Shown piece after piece: positions 14,528 through 27,191 of a stretch of 64,000 nt of DNA. The DNA comes from Gammaproteobacteria bacterium (GTDB lineage: Bacteria; Pseudomonadota; Gammaproteobacteria; Ga0077536), in assembly GCA_963662545.2 (NCBI GenBank), contig CAXXLL010000003.1, forward strand, positions 800,001-864,000, written 5' to 3'. Below the pieces are notes generated by a model, which was given only the letters and a program-made list of their open reading frames with translations, ran no database searches and was not told the origin of the DNA. Position numbers and translations under genes: made by a program. Every line of letters begins with the position of its first letter. The stretch's first letter is position 1.

Positions 14528-15823
14528 ATGACGACAAAATCGGAAATGCTTTTTGCCGCCGCGTGCAAAGTCATGCCCGGAGGAGTCAATTCACCAGTTC
14601 GTGCGTTTAACGCGGTTGGCGGAACCCCCATATTTTTTACGCATGGGAAAGGCGCTTATTTATACGACGTTGATGGTAAGCGGTACGTAGATTACATCGG
14701 CAGCTGGGGGCCCATGATCATAGGGCACTCCGACCCGAGAATAGTCGAAGCTATTTCCAAGCAGCTTTCCTGCGGATTGAGTTTCGGCGCACCCACTGAA
14801 ATCGAAACACGCCTCGCGCAGAAAATTTGTGAGCTCCTGCCAAGCGCTGAGAAGGTCAGAATGGTTAGCTCTGGAACAGAAGCATCGATGAGCGCTATAC
14901 GCCTCGCCCGGGGTTATACCGGGCGCGAGCGCATCGTGAAATTCGAGGGCTGCTATCACGGACACGTCGATTCGCTACTCGTGAAAGCCGGCTCCGGCGC
15001 ATTGACCCTGGGTATACCGACCTCTGCGGGCGTACCTTCGGCTCTGGCCGAACTCACGACGACTTTGAACTATAACGACCCCGAACAACTCAAAGCCATA
15101 TTCGATGAAATCGGCGATGAAATCGCTGCCGTCATCGTCGAGCCCGTCGCCGGCAATATGAATTGCATACCGCCGTCGCACGAGTTTCTGGGTACACTGC
15201 GTGAATCCACGGCCACACACGGTGCGCTGCTCATCTTTGACGAAGTCATGACTGGCTTTCGGGTCCATGTTGGCGGTGCCCAGGCGCTCTACGGTATACA
15301 GCCTGACCTGACTGTGTTGGGAAAGATCATTGGCGGTGGGATGCCGGTCGGTGCCGTTGCGGGACCCGCGCGAATCATGGATTACCTGGCTCCGCTCGGA
15401 CCCGTCTACCAGGCTGGAACCTTGTCGGGAAATCCAATTGCGATGACCAGCGGACTCGCTACACTGCAGATCATTTCCGAACCGGGGTTTCATAAGATAC
15501 TGGAACGTCAAACGAAACGTCTGTGCGAAGGTATTCGAGACGCGGCAAAACGCGTCGAAATTGGCCTCACGACCAATCACGTGTGTGGCATGTTTGGCCT
15601 TTTTTTTACCGACATCGACAAGGTTAGCAAGTTTTCCCAAGTCATGGACTGTGACGCGAACAGGTTCAAGCAGTTCTTCAAACGAATGCTCGATCGCGGA
15701 GTCAATCTGGCGCCGTCCCCGTTCGAGTCCGGTTTCGTATCTGCGGCGCATGGAGACGCGGAGATTGACATGACTATCGATGCGGCAGCCGAATCCTTCG
15801 AGAGGATTGCCGCTGGAGAATGA
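14528..15823 (+). CDS. hemL: Glutamate-1-semialdehyde 2,1-aminomutase
   Basis: [33 protein letters not shown] motifs. Confidence 0.97.
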   Translation: MTTKSEMLFAAACKVMPGGVNSPVRAFNAVGGTPIFFTHGKGAYLYDVDGKRYVDYIGSWGPMIIGHSDPRIVEAISKQLSCGLSFGAPTEIETRLAQKICELLPSAEKVRMVSSGTEASMSAIRLARGYTGRERIVKFEGCYHGHVDSLLVKAGSGALTLGIPTSAGVPSALAELTTTLNYNDPEQLKAIFDEIGDEIAAVIVEPVAGNMNCIPPSHEFLGTLRESTATHGALLIFDEVMTGFRVHVGGAQALYGIQPDLTVLGKIIGGGMPVGAVAGPARIMDYLAPLGPVYQAGTLSGNPIAMTSGLATLQIISEPGFHKILERQTKRLCEGIRDAAKRVEIGLTTNHVCGMFGLFFTDIDKVSKFSQVMDCDANRFKQFFKRMLDRGVNLAPSPFESGFVSAAHGDAEIDMTIDAAAESFERIAAGE

Positions 15824-16410
15824 AAACGAACCTCGAATGCGGAATCGCATCACTGTCGCGCGCGCCAGCGATACTTTCGTTGTGCGTCCTCGCTTGGGCG
15901 GGCTTCGCTACAGCCGACCAAACCGATCAAAGACTTGCCGGTATGTTTTCCGAACTGGCGAATGCCGCCAACCCGATAGCGGCCAATAAGATTGAGCAGG
16001 AGATCTGGGCAATCTGGTTGGCAGCCCCGGATCCGCAAGTTAACGAATGGCTAGACGAAGCACGGGCGGCGACGAATTCAGGCGCCATCACCTCCGCCCT
16101 GGAAATATTCGATCGAGTGACAGCAGCATATCCGAATTTCGCGGAGGGATGGAATCAGCGCGCGATCATGCACTTCCTGCTGGGGGATTTCGAAAGCTCC
16201 TTGTCGGATATCGCGAGAACGCTCGAACTCGAACCCCGTCATTTCGGCGCGCTCGCCGGAAGCGGTCAGTGCTATTTGCGCCTGGAATTATTTCAGGAAT
16301 CCTTGATCTCCTTCGAAGCGGCTCTGCAGGTGAATCCCTGGATGTCCGCAGCCAAGCAGCAGGTCGAAATGTTGCGCGCCTACCTGAAGCAACAGGAAAC
16401 GCCCATCTAA
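15820..16410 (+). CDS. Exported TPR-repeat protein
   Basis: Signal-like N-terminus; AEGWNQRA and [16 protein letters not shown] motifs. Confidence 0.85.
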   Translation: MKTNLECGIASLSRAPAILSLCVLAWAGFATADQTDQRLAGMFSELANAANPIAANKIEQEIWAIWLAAPDPQVNEWLDEARAATNSGAITSALEIFDRVTAAYPNFAEGWNQRAIMHFLLGDFESSLSDIARTLELEPRHFGALAGSGQCYLRLELFQESLISFEAALQVNPWMSAAKQQVEMLRAYLKQQETPI

Positions 16411-16434
16411 GGAACCCTTAAAATTCGAATCGAA

Positions 16435-16998
16435 CTATAACTGGTCTTCGGTAAAAAGCCCGACTCTCAAGTTCTTCGCTTCGTAAATGCGTTCACCGTC
16501 GACTTCCATCACGGCGTTGGCGTAGCCCACCACGAGCGAACGCTGGATGATTCGCTTGATATCTACAATGTAACGAACGAGGTGTTTGTCGGGTGTGACT
16601 TGACCGGAAAACTGGACATCGCCGCCCCCCAACGCACGCCCGCGGCCCAGGCCGCCCTTCCACGCCAGGAAAAAGCCTACGATCTGCCACATTGCATCGA
16701 GGCCAAGGCAGCCCGGCATGACCGGGTCATTATCGAAGTGGCAATCGAAGAACCAAAGGCCGGGATCAATATCGAGCTCTGCTTCTACCCTGCCACGGCC
16801 GTACTGCCCGGTCGTGTCTTCGATGCGTGTGATGCGGTCGAACATCAACATAGGCGGCAGTGGCAACTGCGCATTGCCGGGTCCGAACAGTTCGCCATGG
16901 CCGCAACCGATTAACTCGTCGTAGGCATAGTTCGATTTACGGAGGCCCGCCAGAATGATCGGCGCTTTTTCGTTGATAAGTACGTTGGCAGCGGACAT
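16435..16998 (-). CDS. fabA: 3-hydroxyacyl-ACP dehydratase/isomerase FabA
   Basis: [16 protein letters not shown] and [22 protein letters not shown] motifs. Confidence 0.96.
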   Translation of the reverse strand: MSAANVLINEKAPIILAGLRKSNYAYDELIGCGHGELFGPGNAQLPLPPMLMFDRITRIEDTTGQYGRGRVEAELDIDPGLWFFDCHFDNDPVMPGCLGLDAMWQIVGFFLAWKGGLGRGRALGGGDVQFSGQVTPDKHLVRYIVDIKRIIQRSLVVGYANAVMEVDGERIYEAKNLRVGLFTEDQL

Positions 16999-17099
16999 GA
17001 AAAGAAGGATGGCCGTTTGAATTTCGAAAGTATATTAAAGCAAATCGGTGTGGCCGTAGTAAAAACCACCTTCAGCCACCTTTGATTCCCGTTTCGTCA

Positions 17100-18446
17100 C
17101 TATGCGAAATCTATCTTGACGCGCGCCACGGTGCCTTCATTCGAAGTCTCGAAACCGAGGTGTCCTTGATAAACGTCTTCGACCATTTCGCGGACGATGG
17201 CAAGTCCTATTCCATGTCCTTCGACAGAGTGATCGAGTTTCGCTCCACGCTTTAATAAAACGTCCAATTGACCGTTCGGGATCCCTGGACCGTCATCGGC
17301 CACATCGATCTGGAGTGTGCGAACCGGCAGCGATGACACACGGATTTCGACCCGCTGCCGAGCCCATTTACAGCTGTTGTCGCCGAGGTTGCCGATAATT
17401 TCCATCAGATCGCCCTCGTCGCCCAGGAACAACGCACCAGGGTCGACCGCTACCGTGATTTCAAGCTCACGATGAGCATGAACTTTGCGCAGAGAGTCGG
17501 CGATGCGCTCGACGACGGGTGCAACGGCGAGCGGCGGCGAGAGCAATGACCGGCCAGCCGCGGCGGCCCTATGTAATTGATATTCGACGGTGCGATCTAA
17601 TCGCTCTAGCTGTTCGAGCATAGTATCCGTCGAGCTCTTTTTTTCTTCGCTTTCGAACTGATTGCGCAATATCGCGAGCGGTGTCTTGATCGAATGCGCC
17701 AGATCGCCCAGCGCGTTTCGATAGCGCTGAAGGTTCTCCCGGTTGTGTGCGATCAGCGTGTTGAGGTTACGCGTCAACGAAGTCAATTCGGACGGGTACT
17801 CGCCGACTATCTGATTGCTGCGCCCCTGCTCGATGGCTCTTACCTCGTCTTCCACGCTGCGCAAAGGCCGCAAACCCCAGCTCAAATTGAGCGCCTGCAC
17901 GACCAGCAAAGTAACGCTCAAGGCCGCGAACCATAGCCACAGGCTCCGCCGGAAACGGCCAACCGTATCGAGGTAGAACCGCCGGTTTTCGCATGCCTGG
18001 ATGACGAAGTGAATCGGATGATTAACACCTGCGCCCTCCCAGATAATCGAGTATGCGAGCGAGAATAACTTTTCGCCCGTAGCCGCGCGAATATGGTCGA
18101 GCTGCCACTGACCGGTTTCCACAGGGGGCGGGAAATCAGGCTCGATACCAAGCAAGGATCGGCTCTCCCAGCGGGCATCGCCGTTCCTTGAGACGATTCG
18201 CGCATAATTACCCGATCCGGGAATTGATAGAGAGGGATCGGGCAAGGAGTCGATCAAGGACTGATCGCCGGGCGCATCGAAATCCGCCGCTCCGATCAAC
18301 ATGAAAATCCGGCCACGGAGGCGATCTTCAACGGAATTGAGGGCGCTCTCCCGAAACGCGCGATCGAGCAGCACGCTTGCGCAGCCCAAAAAGGTGACGA
18401 GCACGAGGCTTGCGCTAAACAATATCCTCGTGCGAAGCGAACGCAT
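17100..18446 (-). CDS. Sensor histidine kinase (PhoQ/CarS-like)
   Basis: Two TMs; DLAHSIKTPL H-box; DDGPG and GIGLAI motifs. Confidence 0.9.
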   Translation of the reverse strand: MRSLRTRILFSASLVLVTFLGCASVLLDRAFRESALNSVEDRLRGRIFMLIGAADFDAPGDQSLIDSLPDPSLSIPGSGNYARIVSRNGDARWESRSLLGIEPDFPPPVETGQWQLDHIRAATGEKLFSLAYSIIWEGAGVNHPIHFVIQACENRRFYLDTVGRFRRSLWLWFAALSVTLLVVQALNLSWGLRPLRSVEDEVRAIEQGRSNQIVGEYPSELTSLTRNLNTLIAHNRENLQRYRNALGDLAHSIKTPLAILRNQFESEEKKSSTDTMLEQLERLDRTVEYQLHRAAAAGRSLLSPPLAVAPVVERIADSLRKVHAHRELEITVAVDPGALFLGDEGDLMEIIGNLGDNSCKWARQRVEIRVSSLPVRTLQIDVADDGPGIPNGQLDVLLKRGAKLDHSVEGHGIGLAIVREMVEDVYQGHLGFETSNEGTVARVKIDFA

Positions 18447-18478
18447 GAGAAAGATCCGACCCGTTCGACGAAGGCGGC

Positions 18479-19168
18479 TCAGGCTTCCTCGCTATCACGA
18501 GTAAAGCAAAACCGGTATCCCTGACCGCGGATAGTTTCTATCGGAACCAGCGTACGATCCGGATCGAGCTTTTTGCGCAAACGCCCGATAATTACCTCGA
18601 GCACATTGCTGTCGCGCTCTGCATCGTCTTCGTAGAGGTGTTCCGTCAGCTCGGATTTAGACACGACGTCGTCCGCATGCAGCATCAGGTACTCCAGAAC
18701 CTTGTACTCCAGTGCGGTGAGGTCGAGCTCTTGGTCGTCCACCAGAACGCGTTTGGATCCAAGCTCCATCTTGATGGCGCCGCATCGGATTTCCGATTGA
18801 CTCCATCCCGAGGCGCGCCGTAATAGCGCGCGGAGTCGAGCCAATAATTCTTCGTTGTGAAAGGGCTTGACAAGGTAATCGTCGGCGCCGATTTCGAGCC
18901 CCGCCACCTTGTCTTCCCAACGGCCGCGAGCCGTCAAAATCAAGACGGGGAAATCCCGTTGCTTCTGGCGCCAGGTCTCGATGACGGCATCGCCCGCCTG
19001 ATCCGGTAACCCGAGATCGACGATCGCGGCATCGATTGGATACTCCAAGCCCAGATACTCACCCTCTTTGCCTGATCCTGTCGCGTCGACGGCGTAGCCT
19101 TCCGCACGTAAACGTTCGGCAAGTTGCTCACGCAAGGTATATTCATCCTCGACGATGAGAATGCGCAT
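18479..19168 (-). CDS. OmpR-family response regulator (PhoP/CarR-like)
   Basis: MRILIVED, DLGLPD, GADDYLVKPF, ETIRGQGY. Confidence 0.93.
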   Translation of the reverse strand: MRILIVEDEYTLREQLAERLRAEGYAVDATGSGKEGEYLGLEYPIDAAIVDLGLPDQAGDAVIETWRQKQRDFPVLILTARGRWEDKVAGLEIGADDYLVKPFHNEELLARLRALLRRASGWSQSEIRCGAIKMELGSKRVLVDDQELDLTALEYKVLEYLMLHADDVVSKSELTEHLYEDDAERDSNVLEVIIGRLRKKLDPDRTLVPIETIRGQGYRFCFTRDSEEA

Positions 19169-19467
19169 TATTTATCATTCGAATCGGGGGTATCGGTGGG
19201 TTCCCTGTCTAACTCGATGATCTTGACGCGACCGTCGTCGAGCAACACTTTAACGTGGAAAACCTGTCGCTCTCCTTCTCTCAGAGTCTGTACATCGAGA
19301 ACCCTACCGCCCGATATGGCAGCAGCCTCGCGAGCCGCCGCGCCGGCATCCGTCACGACGTCGGCGGCGAATAATAACGCTGAAAATGCTTCGATCGCGT
19401 AGACCGGTTGGACGTATGCGCCGGAGATCGCAAACAACAGCATCATGGGGAACCAGGATCGGGGCAT
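19168..19467 (-). CDS. PepSY-domain periplasmic protein (start uncertain)
   Basis: GGRVLDV...FHVKVLLDDGRV motif; sits directly upstream of the response regulator. Confidence 0.7.
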   Translation of the reverse strand: MPRSWFPMMLLFAISGAYVQPVYAIEAFSALLFAADVVTDAGAAAREAAAISGGRVLDVQTLREGERQVFHVKVLLDDGRVKIIELDREPTDTPDSNDK

Positions 19468-19697
19468 ACCCAAATCATACCGCAGGCGTCGGGCATGGGA
19501 TATTCGTAGCCGCCAGGCCGCACGTGTCGAGCTAGTGGGGGCCGGTACAGGCGCCTTGCCGACACAGTCGCTGCGATCGTCAGTCAGGTTCTTCATTCGG
19601 TGCCTGTGCGATGCCACGAGTTCCGCGGCAGTCAGCCCTGTCGGGTCTTATCGAGGATCGGGTTCCATTTCGTTTAGGCGATGTTAATTACCCAAGG

Positions 19698-19713
19698 CTG
19701 AACCTGCCCTGAA
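19698..19713 (-). promoter_or_regulatory. Direct-repeat response-regulator box TTCAG-N6-TTCAG
   Basis: TTCAGGGCAGGTTCAG on the minus strand upstream of PepSY-RR-HK; 11-bp periodicity typical of OmpR-family boxes. Confidence 0.55.
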
Positions 19714-19725
19714 TTATCGTTTTTG

Positions 19726-20556
19726 TCATCGCTCAGCCGCTTGTATCGGGCGATCATGCGTCAACGCGGGAATCATGCGGCGCGCCTCTTCGACGCGCGC
19801 GGGATCGATATCGGCAACGATGTAGCCCTCGTGCTCGCCGCCATCTGCCAGGACCGCTCCCCATGGGTCGACAATGAGCGAATGTCCGTAGGTCCGCCGA
19901 CCCCATGGTCGCTGACCCGGTTGATCCGGCGCGAAGATGTAGCACGCATTTTCAATGGCGCGAGCCCGGACGAGTGTGTGCCAGTGGGCTTCTCCAGTTT
20001 TGGCGGTAAATGCCGCCGGAACCGAAATGAAATGGGCGCCCGCCTTCGCCAAAGCTCGGTACAGGTGGGGGAACCGGACGTCGTAGCAGATCGTAAGCCC
20101 CAGTCTACCCCAGGGCAGATCTGCAATTACGGCACGATCGCCGGGAGCAACGCTCGAGGATTCACGGTAGTTCTGCCCGTCCTTGATAGCGACGTCGAAC
20201 AAGTGAAGTTTGTTATAGATTGCCGCAAGCTTCCCGTCCGGCGCGATCAAGTGACTCCGGTTATGGACCTTTCTCTCCTTGAACTTAACCGGTATCGAGC
20301 CCAACAATAACCAACTCTGCAATTCCTTCGCGAGATTTCGAAAATGCGTTAATGCCGGATGCTGATCCGCCTCGAATCCCTTATCGAAATACGCCGTGTC
20401 GCTGCGCTCAAGAATACAGAAATATTCAGGTAAACAGATCAGCGACGCGCCGGCGGAGGCCGCTGCCCTGACGAGTGCTTCCGCGGCGGCTATATTGGCC
20501 TCCATATCGTCGGTGGCGCAGTTCTGGACACAGGCCACCTTGAAGGTTTTGTCCAT
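19726..20556 (-). CDS. Carbon-nitrogen hydrolase (Nit1/deaminated glutathione amidase-like)
   Basis: LPEYF, YNKLHLFD, ICYDVRFP, RARAIEN, YGHSLIVDPWG. Confidence 0.92.
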   Translation of the reverse strand: MDKTFKVACVQNCATDDMEANIAAAEALVRAAASAGASLICLPEYFCILERSDTAYFDKGFEADQHPALTHFRNLAKELQSWLLLGSIPVKFKERKVHNRSHLIAPDGKLAAIYNKLHLFDVAIKDGQNYRESSSVAPGDRAVIADLPWGRLGLTICYDVRFPHLYRALAKAGAHFISVPAAFTAKTGEAHWHTLVRARAIENACYIFAPDQPGQRPWGRRTYGHSLIVDPWGAVLADGGEHEGYIVADIDPARVEEARRMIPALTHDRPIQAAER

Positions 20557-20583
20557 CAGCGTCCTCTCTCTCTCGACGGTAGA

Positions 20584-21066
20584 CTAGGCAAGCGGCGACT
20601 CGGCGACGACGACACCATCTTCGTCGGCGTAAATATAGTCTCCAGGGTGCACGGAAATCTCTGCAAAGTGAACGACGACGTCTCTTTCTCCTTCGCCTTT
20701 TTTGATGCTCTTGCGCGGATTCGTGGCAATAGCCTTCACGCCGATGTCTATACGGGCGATCGGCACAGTGTCGCGAATGCACCCGTAAACCACGATTCCG
20801 GCCCAGCCGTTGTCGTGGCCAATCGTTGCAAGCTGGTCACCCACTAACGCGCAGCGCAGCGAACCGTCGCCGTCAATGACCAGGACACGTCCTTCTCCGC
20901 GCTCTTCGAGCGCTGCGCGTACCAGAGAGTTGTCTTCAAACACCTTAACGGTGCTGACCGGACCCTCGAAACACCGCATCCCTCCGAAATCCCGGAAAAT
21001 GGGCGCCGCTACACGCAGTACTTCGCCATGGGCGTCGTAGAGATCAGCCGTTGCCTTACCACTCAT
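20584..21066 (-). CDS. rraA: RraA family protein (RNase E regulator / HMG aldolase-like)
   Basis: TADLYD, FEDNSLV, VLVIDGDGS, GCIRD, YADEDG. Confidence 0.92.
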   Translation of the reverse strand: MSGKATADLYDAHGEVLRVAAPIFRDFGGMRCFEGPVSTVKVFEDNSLVRAALEERGEGRVLVIDGDGSLRCALVGDQLATIGHDNGWAGIVVYGCIRDTVPIARIDIGVKAIATNPRKSIKKGEGERDVVVHFAEISVHPGDYIYADEDGVVVAESPLA

Positions 21067-21167
21067 ATAATTTTCCTTTTGGCCGGCGTTGAGATCCGAT
21101 CCGCCTTGCGTGCGCGGCAAGCCGTCTACGAATCATGTGTAGAAGCTCCGCGAGCGCGAATTCTCCC

Positions 21168-21394
21168 AGCAGCCTGTCGGACTTAGGGAATCGTAGCGAG
21201 GCGATTGGGAGAGCGGTCTGAGAGGTGTCATGGTTTGAGACGAATAGTGGGGCAGTTTAACGAAAAATTCGTCGGGAACGAATTTTCGCGTAGCCCCGTA
21301 GGGGTGAAGCGCATGGATGCGCTGAACAAAACCATGGCGCATCTGGACCGCTATCCCAACGCCGTAGCAGATTTCCTAAGTCCGACAGGCTGCT
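21168..21394 (+). mobile_element. MITE family A, copy 1 (with a 65-bp internal insertion)
   Basis: Terminal inverted repeats AGCAGCCTGTCGGACTTAGG / CCTAAGTCCGACAGGCTGCT; homologous to the copies at 32334 and 39580. Confidence 0.9.
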
Positions 21395-21404
21395 AGAGCC
21401 TACG

Positions 21405-22772
21405 TCATTTTTTGTTTTTTTGGGGCCGTTTCCAGCCACTGATGGTTTTCTGACGAACCCGGCTGATCACGAGCCGACCTGCCTCGACATCTTCGGTTAC
21501 TGTCGTCCCCGCACCGATCGTGACTCCCCGCCCGACAGTTACCGGCGCGACGAGCTGCGTATCGGAGCCGACGAAAACGTCATCTTCGAGTATCGTTTTG
21601 TGTTTGAAAGCGCCATCGTAATTGCAGGTGATCGTACCGGCGCCGATATTGACGCGTGCTCCGATTTCAGCATCCCCGACGTAACTCAAATGGTTGACCT
21701 TGCTGCCCGTGGCGATATCCGATTTTTTGATTTCGACGAAATTTCCTATGTGAACGTCGTCCGCAAGACGGGACTCCGGACGTATCCTGGAAAATGGCCC
21801 AATGCGCGAGCGCTTCCCAATGCTTGCCGAATCGAGAACGCAATTCGACAGGATTTCGACGTCATCGTCGATTTCGCAATCAGCGATAAAATTGTTCGGT
21901 CCGATACGGACTCCATTGCCAATCCGTACCTGCCCCTCGAATATGACGTTGACGTCGATCACGACGTCTTTCCCGCACTCGACATCACCGCGCACGTCGA
22001 TGCGGGCTGGATCGATTAACGTGACACCTGCGGCCATTAAGGCATCAGCAATCCGATCCTGAAAATGCCGCTCGACTATCGCTAATTGCCGCCGGTCATT
22101 GATGCCCATGGCTTCTTCCGCCTCGTCAATCAGAACCCCGCTGACCTCGACGCCCTCGGCGACTGCCATCGCTACACAATCTGTCAGGTAATACTCGCCC
22201 TGTGCGTTTTCGTCACCGAGTTGCGGAATCCAGGCTTTAAGCCGATCGGCGTAGATCGCCATGATCCCCGTATTGATCTCCCGAATTTCCTGCTCCGCCT
22301 CGCTGGCGTCTTGATGCTCCACAATACGGCTGATGCGGCCCGATGCGTCACGGACGATCCGACCATATCCGCTTGCGTCAGGCATGTTCACGGTGAGGAC
22401 GGCGAATCCCGTATCGATGCCCGCGGCAACCAGGCGTTCCACCGACGACGGCCTCAGTAATGGGACGTCACCGTAAAGAATCAGCACGGTCGAGCCGTCG
22501 GTGATTTTTGGCAGGGCTTGAGCGACCGCGTGACCGGTACCCAGTTGCTCGGATTGTTCGACCCATATGACGTCCGGGCGACCCAGTGCGTCGATCAGTT
22601 TTTGACCCCCGTGCCCATAAACGACGATCGGTTTTCGATCTGAAACTGACCGTGCCACATCGAGCACATGCTCCACCATTGGCCTCCCGGCAACGCGATG
22701 GAGCACCTTCGGCAGATCAGAATGCATGCGCTTGCCCTGGCCAGCGGCAAGAATTACGACGGCTATGGACAT
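21405..22772 (-). CDS. glmU: Bifunctional UDP-GlcNAc pyrophosphorylase / GlcN-1-P acetyltransferase
   Basis: ILAAGQGKRMHSDLPKVLH, GEYYLTD, hexapeptide repeats; start at MSIAVV. Confidence 0.97.
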   Translation of the reverse strand: MSIAVVILAAGQGKRMHSDLPKVLHRVAGRPMVEHVLDVARSVSDRKPIVVYGHGGQKLIDALGRPDVIWVEQSEQLGTGHAVAQALPKITDGSTVLILYGDVPLLRPSSVERLVAAGIDTGFAVLTVNMPDASGYGRIVRDASGRISRIVEHQDASEAEQEIREINTGIMAIYADRLKAWIPQLGDENAQGEYYLTDCVAMAVAEGVEVSGVLIDEAEEAMGINDRRQLAIVERHFQDRIADALMAAGVTLIDPARIDVRGDVECGKDVVIDVNVIFEGQVRIGNGVRIGPNNFIADCEIDDDVEILSNCVLDSASIGKRSRIGPFSRIRPESRLADDVHIGNFVEIKKSDIATGSKVNHLSYVGDAEIGARVNIGAGTITCNYDGAFKHKTILEDDVFVGSDTQLVAPVTVGRGVTIGAGTTVTEDVEAGRLVISRVRQKTISGWKRPQKNKK

Positions 22773-22842
22773 AGGGGCGGCTGAGGTTCTTTGGGGGCTC
22801 GCCAGTCGGCGCCTAACGGAAGGCTTGCAACGAGCTCGACGG

Positions 22843-23268
22843 TCAGCGCCCGGCGCGTCGGCGCAGTCTTTGTATGGTTTGGAGCTGGGCGACTGTTTCG
22901 GCGAGTTCGGCACGCGCCTTCGCATAATCCATTGCGCTGCTCTTCTCGGCGATCGCCCGTTCCGCGGCTTCCTTCGCCTTTATCACGGCGGCTTCGTCGA
23001 GATCCTCAGCCCGCGCTGCGGTGTCGGACAGGATCGTGACCACCCGCGGCTGAACCTCCAGCATGCCGCCCGATATATAAAACGCCTCTTCGGCCCCTTC
23101 GCTGAGCTTCAGGCGGACTTCGCCGGGGCCGAGTTGGGCAAGCATCGGCGTGTGCCCGGGGGCGATGCCGACCTCTCCGAGAATTGCCGGCGCGAAGACC
23201 ATTTCCGCCAGACCTGAAAAAATCTCGCGCTCGGCGCTGACGATATCCACGTGTATGGTCATGGCCAT
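22843..23268 (-). CDS. atpC: ATP synthase epsilon subunit
   Basis: DIVSAE..IFSG, GEVGIAPGH; position in the atp operon. Confidence 0.96.
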   Translation of the reverse strand: MAMTIHVDIVSAEREIFSGLAEMVFAPAILGEVGIAPGHTPMLAQLGPGEVRLKLSEGAEEAFYISGGMLEVQPRVVTILSDTAARAEDLDEAAVIKAKEAAERAIAEKSSAMDYAKARAELAETVAQLQTIQRLRRRAGR

Positions 23269-23283
23269 GCGATTACATCAGTT

Positions 23284-24675
<1,392 letters not shown>

Positions 24676-24727
24676 TTAGTAGCGTAAATCTTCAAATCCA
24701 TTTATTCGGCCAACCATCCACTACGAA

Positions 24728-25588
24728 CTAAACGGCCGCCGCGCCGCTGACAATTTCCGAAAGCTCCTGCGTAATAGCTGCCTGTCTGGCTTTGTTGTAA
24801 ATCAGTTGTAACTCGTCGATCATTTTGCCCGCGTTATCTGACGCCGACTTCATCGCCACCATTCTCGCCGCCTGTTCACAGGCAATGTTCTCTACGACGC
24901 CCTGATACACGAGCGATTCGATGTATCGCGCAAGCAGCTGGTCCATGACTTCGGGCGCTTCCGGCTCGTAGATGTAATCCCAATGATGTTTGAGATCGTC
25001 CGTATCTTCGGGAACGAGCGGCAAGATCTGCTCGAAATTTGGATTCTGTGTCATCGAATTGACGAATTCGTTGAAAACGAGGTAGACGCGGTCCACCGTT
25101 CCCTCATGAAAGGCATCGAGCATGATCTTGATCGTACCGATCAGGTTTTCGAGCGAGGGCGCATCTCCGAGGTGGCTTGCCTGACCGACAATATTGCCGC
25201 CGATACGGGAGAAGAATCCTATGCCTTTGGTGCCGATCACGCATAGATCGAGTTCCTTGCCCTCTTCATCCCAGGTTTGGAACTGGCTCAAGGCACGGCG
25301 GAACAGATTGCCGTTCAATCCTCCGCACAGGCCTCGATCGGTGGTGACGATGATCAATCCGATACGCTTGACGTCACGTTCCATCAAAAATGGATGATGA
25401 TATTCGGTATTGGCGTGCGCAATATGCGCGACGACCTTGCGCATTTTATCTGCATAAGGCCTCGCGGCACGCATCCGGTCTTGTGCCTTGCGCATTTTAC
25501 TGGCCGCGACCATTTCCATGGCCTTGGTGATCTTCTGCGTATTTTTTACGCTTGCGATCTGGGTACGTACTTCTTTGGCTGCTGCCAT
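24728..25588 (-). CDS. atpG: ATP synthase gamma subunit
   Basis: [27 protein letters not shown]. Confidence 0.98.
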   Translation of the reverse strand: MAAAKEVRTQIASVKNTQKITKAMEMVAASKMRKAQDRMRAARPYADKMRKVVAHIAHANTEYHHPFLMERDVKRIGLIIVTTDRGLCGGLNGNLFRRALSQFQTWDEEGKELDLCVIGTKGIGFFSRIGGNIVGQASHLGDAPSLENLIGTIKIMLDAFHEGTVDRVYLVFNEFVNSMTQNPNFEQILPLVPEDTDDLKHHWDYIYEPEAPEVMDQLLARYIESLVYQGVVENIACEQAARMVAMKSASDNAGKMIDELQLIYNKARQAAITQELSEIVSGAAAV

Positions 25589-25609
25589 GTCTGCCGATGT
25601 TCCGTAAAC

Positions 25610-27151
25610 TTACCAGCTGTGATTCGTCTTGAAATCATCGACGGCTGCCTTGAGTTTGGCCTCGATGTTATCGTTGTATTCACCGCTCTCATCGATCTCG
25701 TTCATCAATTCGGCCTGTGATGACGCCATATAGCTGTGCAGTGCTGACTCGAAATCGCCGACTTTGCCGAGTTCGATGTCATCGAGATAGCCGTTTTCTA
25801 CTGCGTAGAGGCTGACGGCCATAGTCGCGACGGACAGGGGCGTATACTGCTTTTGTTTCATCAATTCCATGACACGCTGTCCGCGCTCGAGTTGCTTGCG
25901 TGTTGTTTCGTCGAGGTCGGAGGCAAATTGCGCGAACGCCGCGAGTTCGCGGTACTGCGCCAGTGCCAGGCGAATGCCGCCACCAAGCTTCTTGATCACC
26001 GGCGTCTGTGCGGCGCCGCCGACACGGGATACCGACAATCCCGCATTGATCGCCGGACGGAATCCGGAATTGAACAGATCCGTTTCGAGATAAATCTGGC
26101 CATCCGTGATCGAAATGACGTTTGTCGGTACGAACGCGGAAACGTCACCGGCCTGGGTTTCGATAATGGGCAGCGCCGTGAGCGATCCCGTCTTGCCCTT
26201 GATCGCGCCTCCGGAAATCCGTTCGACCGCTTCGGCGTTGATCCGCGAGGCGCGTTCCAGCAACCGCGAATGAAGATAAAATACATCGCCCGGATAAGCC
26301 TCGCGCCCAGGTGGACGACGCAGCAACAGGGATACCTGGCGGTACGCCCAGGCCTGTTTGGTCAGATCGTCGTAAATGATTAAGGCATCTTCCCCGCGGT
26401 CGCGAAAGTACTCACCCATCGCGCAACCTGAATACGGTGCGATATATTGTTTCGCGGCCGAGTCGGAAGCCGTTGCCGCCACCACGATGGTGTGTTCCAT
26501 CGCGCCGTGCTCTTCGAGTTTCCGAATGACCGTATTGATCGAGGATGCCTTCTGACCAATGGCCACGTATATGCACTTTATGCCTGTGCCTTTCTGATTG
26601 ATGATGGTGTCGATCGCTACAGCGGTTTTCCCGGTCTGCCGGTCGCCGATGATGAGTTCACGCTGACCGCGCCCGATGGGCACCATCGAATCGATGGACT
26701 TCAGCCCGGTCTGCACAGGTTGACTGACAGATTGACGTTCGATAACGCCCGGAGCGATCTTCTCGATCGGCTCGGAATGCTCGGTTGTGATCTCGCCTTT
26801 TCCATCGATCGGGGCGCCGAGCGAATCGACGACGCGGCCGAGCAGCGCTTCTCCCACCGGTACTTCGAGAATACGTCCGGTACAACGGCAGGTGTCACCT
26901 TCGGTAATATGTTCGTAGCTGCCCATAACCACCGCGCCGACCGAATCCCGCTCCAAGTTGAGCGCCAGTCCGAAAACGCCACCGGGAAACTCGATCATTT
27001 CCCCCTGCATAACGTCACTCAACCCGTGAATTCGGGCGATACCGTCACTCAGGCTGACAACCGTTCCCTCGGTGCGGGCTTCCGTATGCAGATTGAGATC
27101 CTCGATCTTCTTTTTAATCAGTTCGCTGATTTCAGTTGCACTGATGGTCAT
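25610..27151 (-). CDS. atpA: ATP synthase alpha subunit
   Basis: GDRQTGKT and [21 protein letters not shown] motifs. Confidence 0.98.
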   Translation of the reverse strand: MTISATEISELIKKKIEDLNLHTEARTEGTVVSLSDGIARIHGLSDVMQGEMIEFPGGVFGLALNLERDSVGAVVMGSYEHITEGDTCRCTGRILEVPVGEALLGRVVDSLGAPIDGKGEITTEHSEPIEKIAPGVIERQSVSQPVQTGLKSIDSMVPIGRGQRELIIGDRQTGKTAVAIDTIINQKGTGIKCIYVAIGQKASSINTVIRKLEEHGAMEHTIVVAATASDSAAKQYIAPYSGCAMGEYFRDRGEDALIIYDDLTKQAWAYRQVSLLLRRPPGREAYPGDVFYLHSRLLERASRINAEAVERISGGAIKGKTGSLTALPIIETQAGDVSAFVPTNVISITDGQIYLETDLFNSGFRPAINAGLSVSRVGGAAQTPVIKKLGGGIRLALAQYRELAAFAQFASDLDETTRKQLERGQRVMELMKQKQYTPLSVATMAVSLYAVENGYLDDIELGKVGDFESALHSYMASSQAELMNEIDESGEYNDNIEAKLKAAVDDFKTNHSW

Positions 27152-27191
27152 AGCATTCCTCTGCGACAATAAATTCTGTTCGTTCGGTTGA

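Noticed and set aside
14975-15853. Long antisense ORFs (also 26447-27172, 58335-59285, 61201-62031)
   Set aside because: Shadow frames opposite well-conserved genes in GC-rich DNA, with no motifs.
16407-16425. CTAAGGAACCCTTAAA as a remnant MITE-B end
   Set aside because: Only about 10 bp of similarity, overlapping a stop codon, with no partner end.
22773-22925. 51-aa N-terminal extension of GlmU in the ORF track
   Set aside because: It overlaps atpC; homology begins at MSIAVVILAAG (22772).
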